Origin: Macrostomum lignano | Taxonomy: Eukaryota | Length of the DNA stretch: 64,000 nucleotides | Assembly (NCBI GenBank): GCA_002269645.1 | Contig: NIVC01001264.1 | Span: 261,684 to 325,683, forward strand | Reading direction: 5' to 3' | Shown: piece after piece, positions 62,403 through 64,000 of the stretch | Layout of the letters: each line of letters opens with the position of its first letter | How positions within the stretch are numbered: the first letter of the stretch is position 1 | Position numbers and translations under genes: made by a program | The notes under the pieces: generated by a model | What the model was told of the DNA's origin: nothing | The model's input: the letters and a program-made list of their open reading frames with translations, nothing else | Databases searched by the model: none

Positions 62403-62441
62403 CTTTTATAGACGATGGTCGGGATTTTCACCAGCCAATCA
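62403..62441 (-). promoter_or_regulatory. TATA box and CCAAT box upstream of the Cys-rich peptide gene
   Basis: CTATAAAAG on the minus strand at 62411-62403, AGCCAATCAG at about 62432-62441, and an Inr-like ACAGTT about 27 nt downstream of the TATA. Confidence 0.5.
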
Positions 62442-64000
62442 GAAATTGTCAATGAATTCATCAACGCTTGAAACGTTCAAAGGTTATAAGAGATTAAGGC
62501 AAGATGGGAGAAACTCTAAATAAAAAACCAAGAAATTTCGGGAAATCCTGAAGAACCTGAGTGATCGGGTGGGGTGTTTCATAGATGTTACAATTAGTGA
62601 CCAGTGATAGTGACAAGCGATAATTTATGAGGTTACAAGTGCTGCAGAGTTTCGTTTCACAGAATGATTTGCAAATCTAGCGACAAGGTACAAGCTCTCT
62701 GAGTAGTGACTCAAAATATGTCTATGGCCAAATCAACGGGTGCCTCGCTCGAACCCCCCATCTCGAAAGCTTGCTTAAGATCTATGGTAAGATCTGTCTT
62801 ACGCAGTCGTCCCGTGTATAGCATAAGATTAATCGAAGGGCGTTTCTGAAAGTCATCTTTGTCGCAGCTTTTGTGATTGACAGGTGCTTCTGAATTCCTT
62901 GCAGAAGTTGCTCCTTCTTAAGGGTGAAGAAATTCCGCACACGCTTGACCATTCTTAGTAAATCCGTGTGTAAAAATGTAACAAGTCCGTACCAAGGCGC
63001 AAGTTTACGATCTCACATAAAAAGAGCCAGAAACATACGAAGCTATAGTTTCGAGAAACAGCTTCCTCGCATAAGTTTACGCGGTCGTAGATTTGCGCCA
63101 AATCTTACGTACGGCCCAGTTGCGAGAACTTTGATCGCAACGCCTACGCATGACCGACCCAGCTTACGTCTATTGCCAGCGCGTAAGTTGCTTTCGAGAA
63201 AGACCCCCAGGACCCTGAATATGCTCTGAAAAGTGCTCTATGAAACACTCTGTGAAGCACAACAAATCTCTGCACTCTGATCGGGGGTGCCATGCAGACT
63301 CCTCGCCTTTCACCAAAGCTCCGACACTCTTGAATCAGTGTGATACCGATACCGGAATTTTCGGGAAATGAAAAACCTAATGATTATCACAGAGAAAGCG
63401 CGGCTTGCAAATTCCGGTTGACCCCCACTGAGCTCCTGGCTCTGGAAAACTTCAGAGAATGAGCTGAGACACGGCTTCAGTGTTCAGCGGTCACTGTACC
63501 AGTGGACTTCATAGTTTCAAGCTTCAACGTAGCTATACATAGATAGTCAATCCAATCTATTTATAACCATTTTTACCGAATCTTTTCTTCAATCTTCACG
63601 TCGATATCCTAGTCTTTTAGTCAGAAATAGTCGCAAGTCTGCACAAAAACACCTGTAACCAACTGCTTGATTCGTATTCCGTAGACAACGGTGCATATAA
63701 CTATAGGCCCACGCATACATTTTTATCTCAACAAAACACCTGCGAAATCCCTCCTTTACCAGCGAGCCCGCATCAATTTTTATCCAGAGAGAGAGTAATT
63801 ACCGTGGGCGTCAATTTTCAGCAATTTTCTGTTGCTTTATTTGCTTCTCAGTGTCGGGATGTGGGTGACAGCCATTTTTTTCACCTAAGCCGCCTCACAA
63901 TAATGGCCACCCACGGCTTACAGTTTTTCGACGCTGAAATCAGTAGGAACAGCCTTTCTAGATTCTTAATTTCGTATGACAAGCTGCTGCTGCTGTAACT

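Noticed and set aside
62315-62464. Upstream in-frame extension of the peptide ORF (MMNSLT...)
   Set aside because: It overlaps the TATA and CCAAT boxes and would bury the signal peptide; ATG 62314 fits better.
62780-63230. Possible coding segments on either strand near the window end
   Set aside because: No motif and no consistent splice model.

Overview
Eukaryotic (animal) genomic DNA, not prokaryotic. GC-rich spliced exons sit among AT-rich spacers, and most introns are filled by distinct minisatellites. This resembles a free-living flatworm such as Macrostomum (inference only). Eight GT-AG spliced gene models were built by hand: SH3BP5-like, TMEM201, DNA polymerase eta (POLH), a RILP/RILPL-family Rab effector, an orexin/allatotropin-type GPCR, EB1/MAPRE (minus strand), an ankyrin-repeat/caspase fusion, and a small secreted 6-Cys peptide precursor (minus strand). 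The window also holds tRNA-derived CORE-like SINEs, a 5'-truncated RTE-like LINE with a 14-bp target-site duplication, decayed Tc1, mariner and Merlin transposase fragments, inverted-repeat elements and about 30 tandem arrays. Most long ORFs in the supplied track are repeat artefacts. The top finding is a caspase-8-like protease with intact catalytic motifs whose prodomain is about 5 ankyrin repeats instead of DED/CARD. It lies tail-to-tail with an unannotated cysteine-rich secreted peptide gene. Exon boundaries are read from the sequence and have no transcript confirmation.
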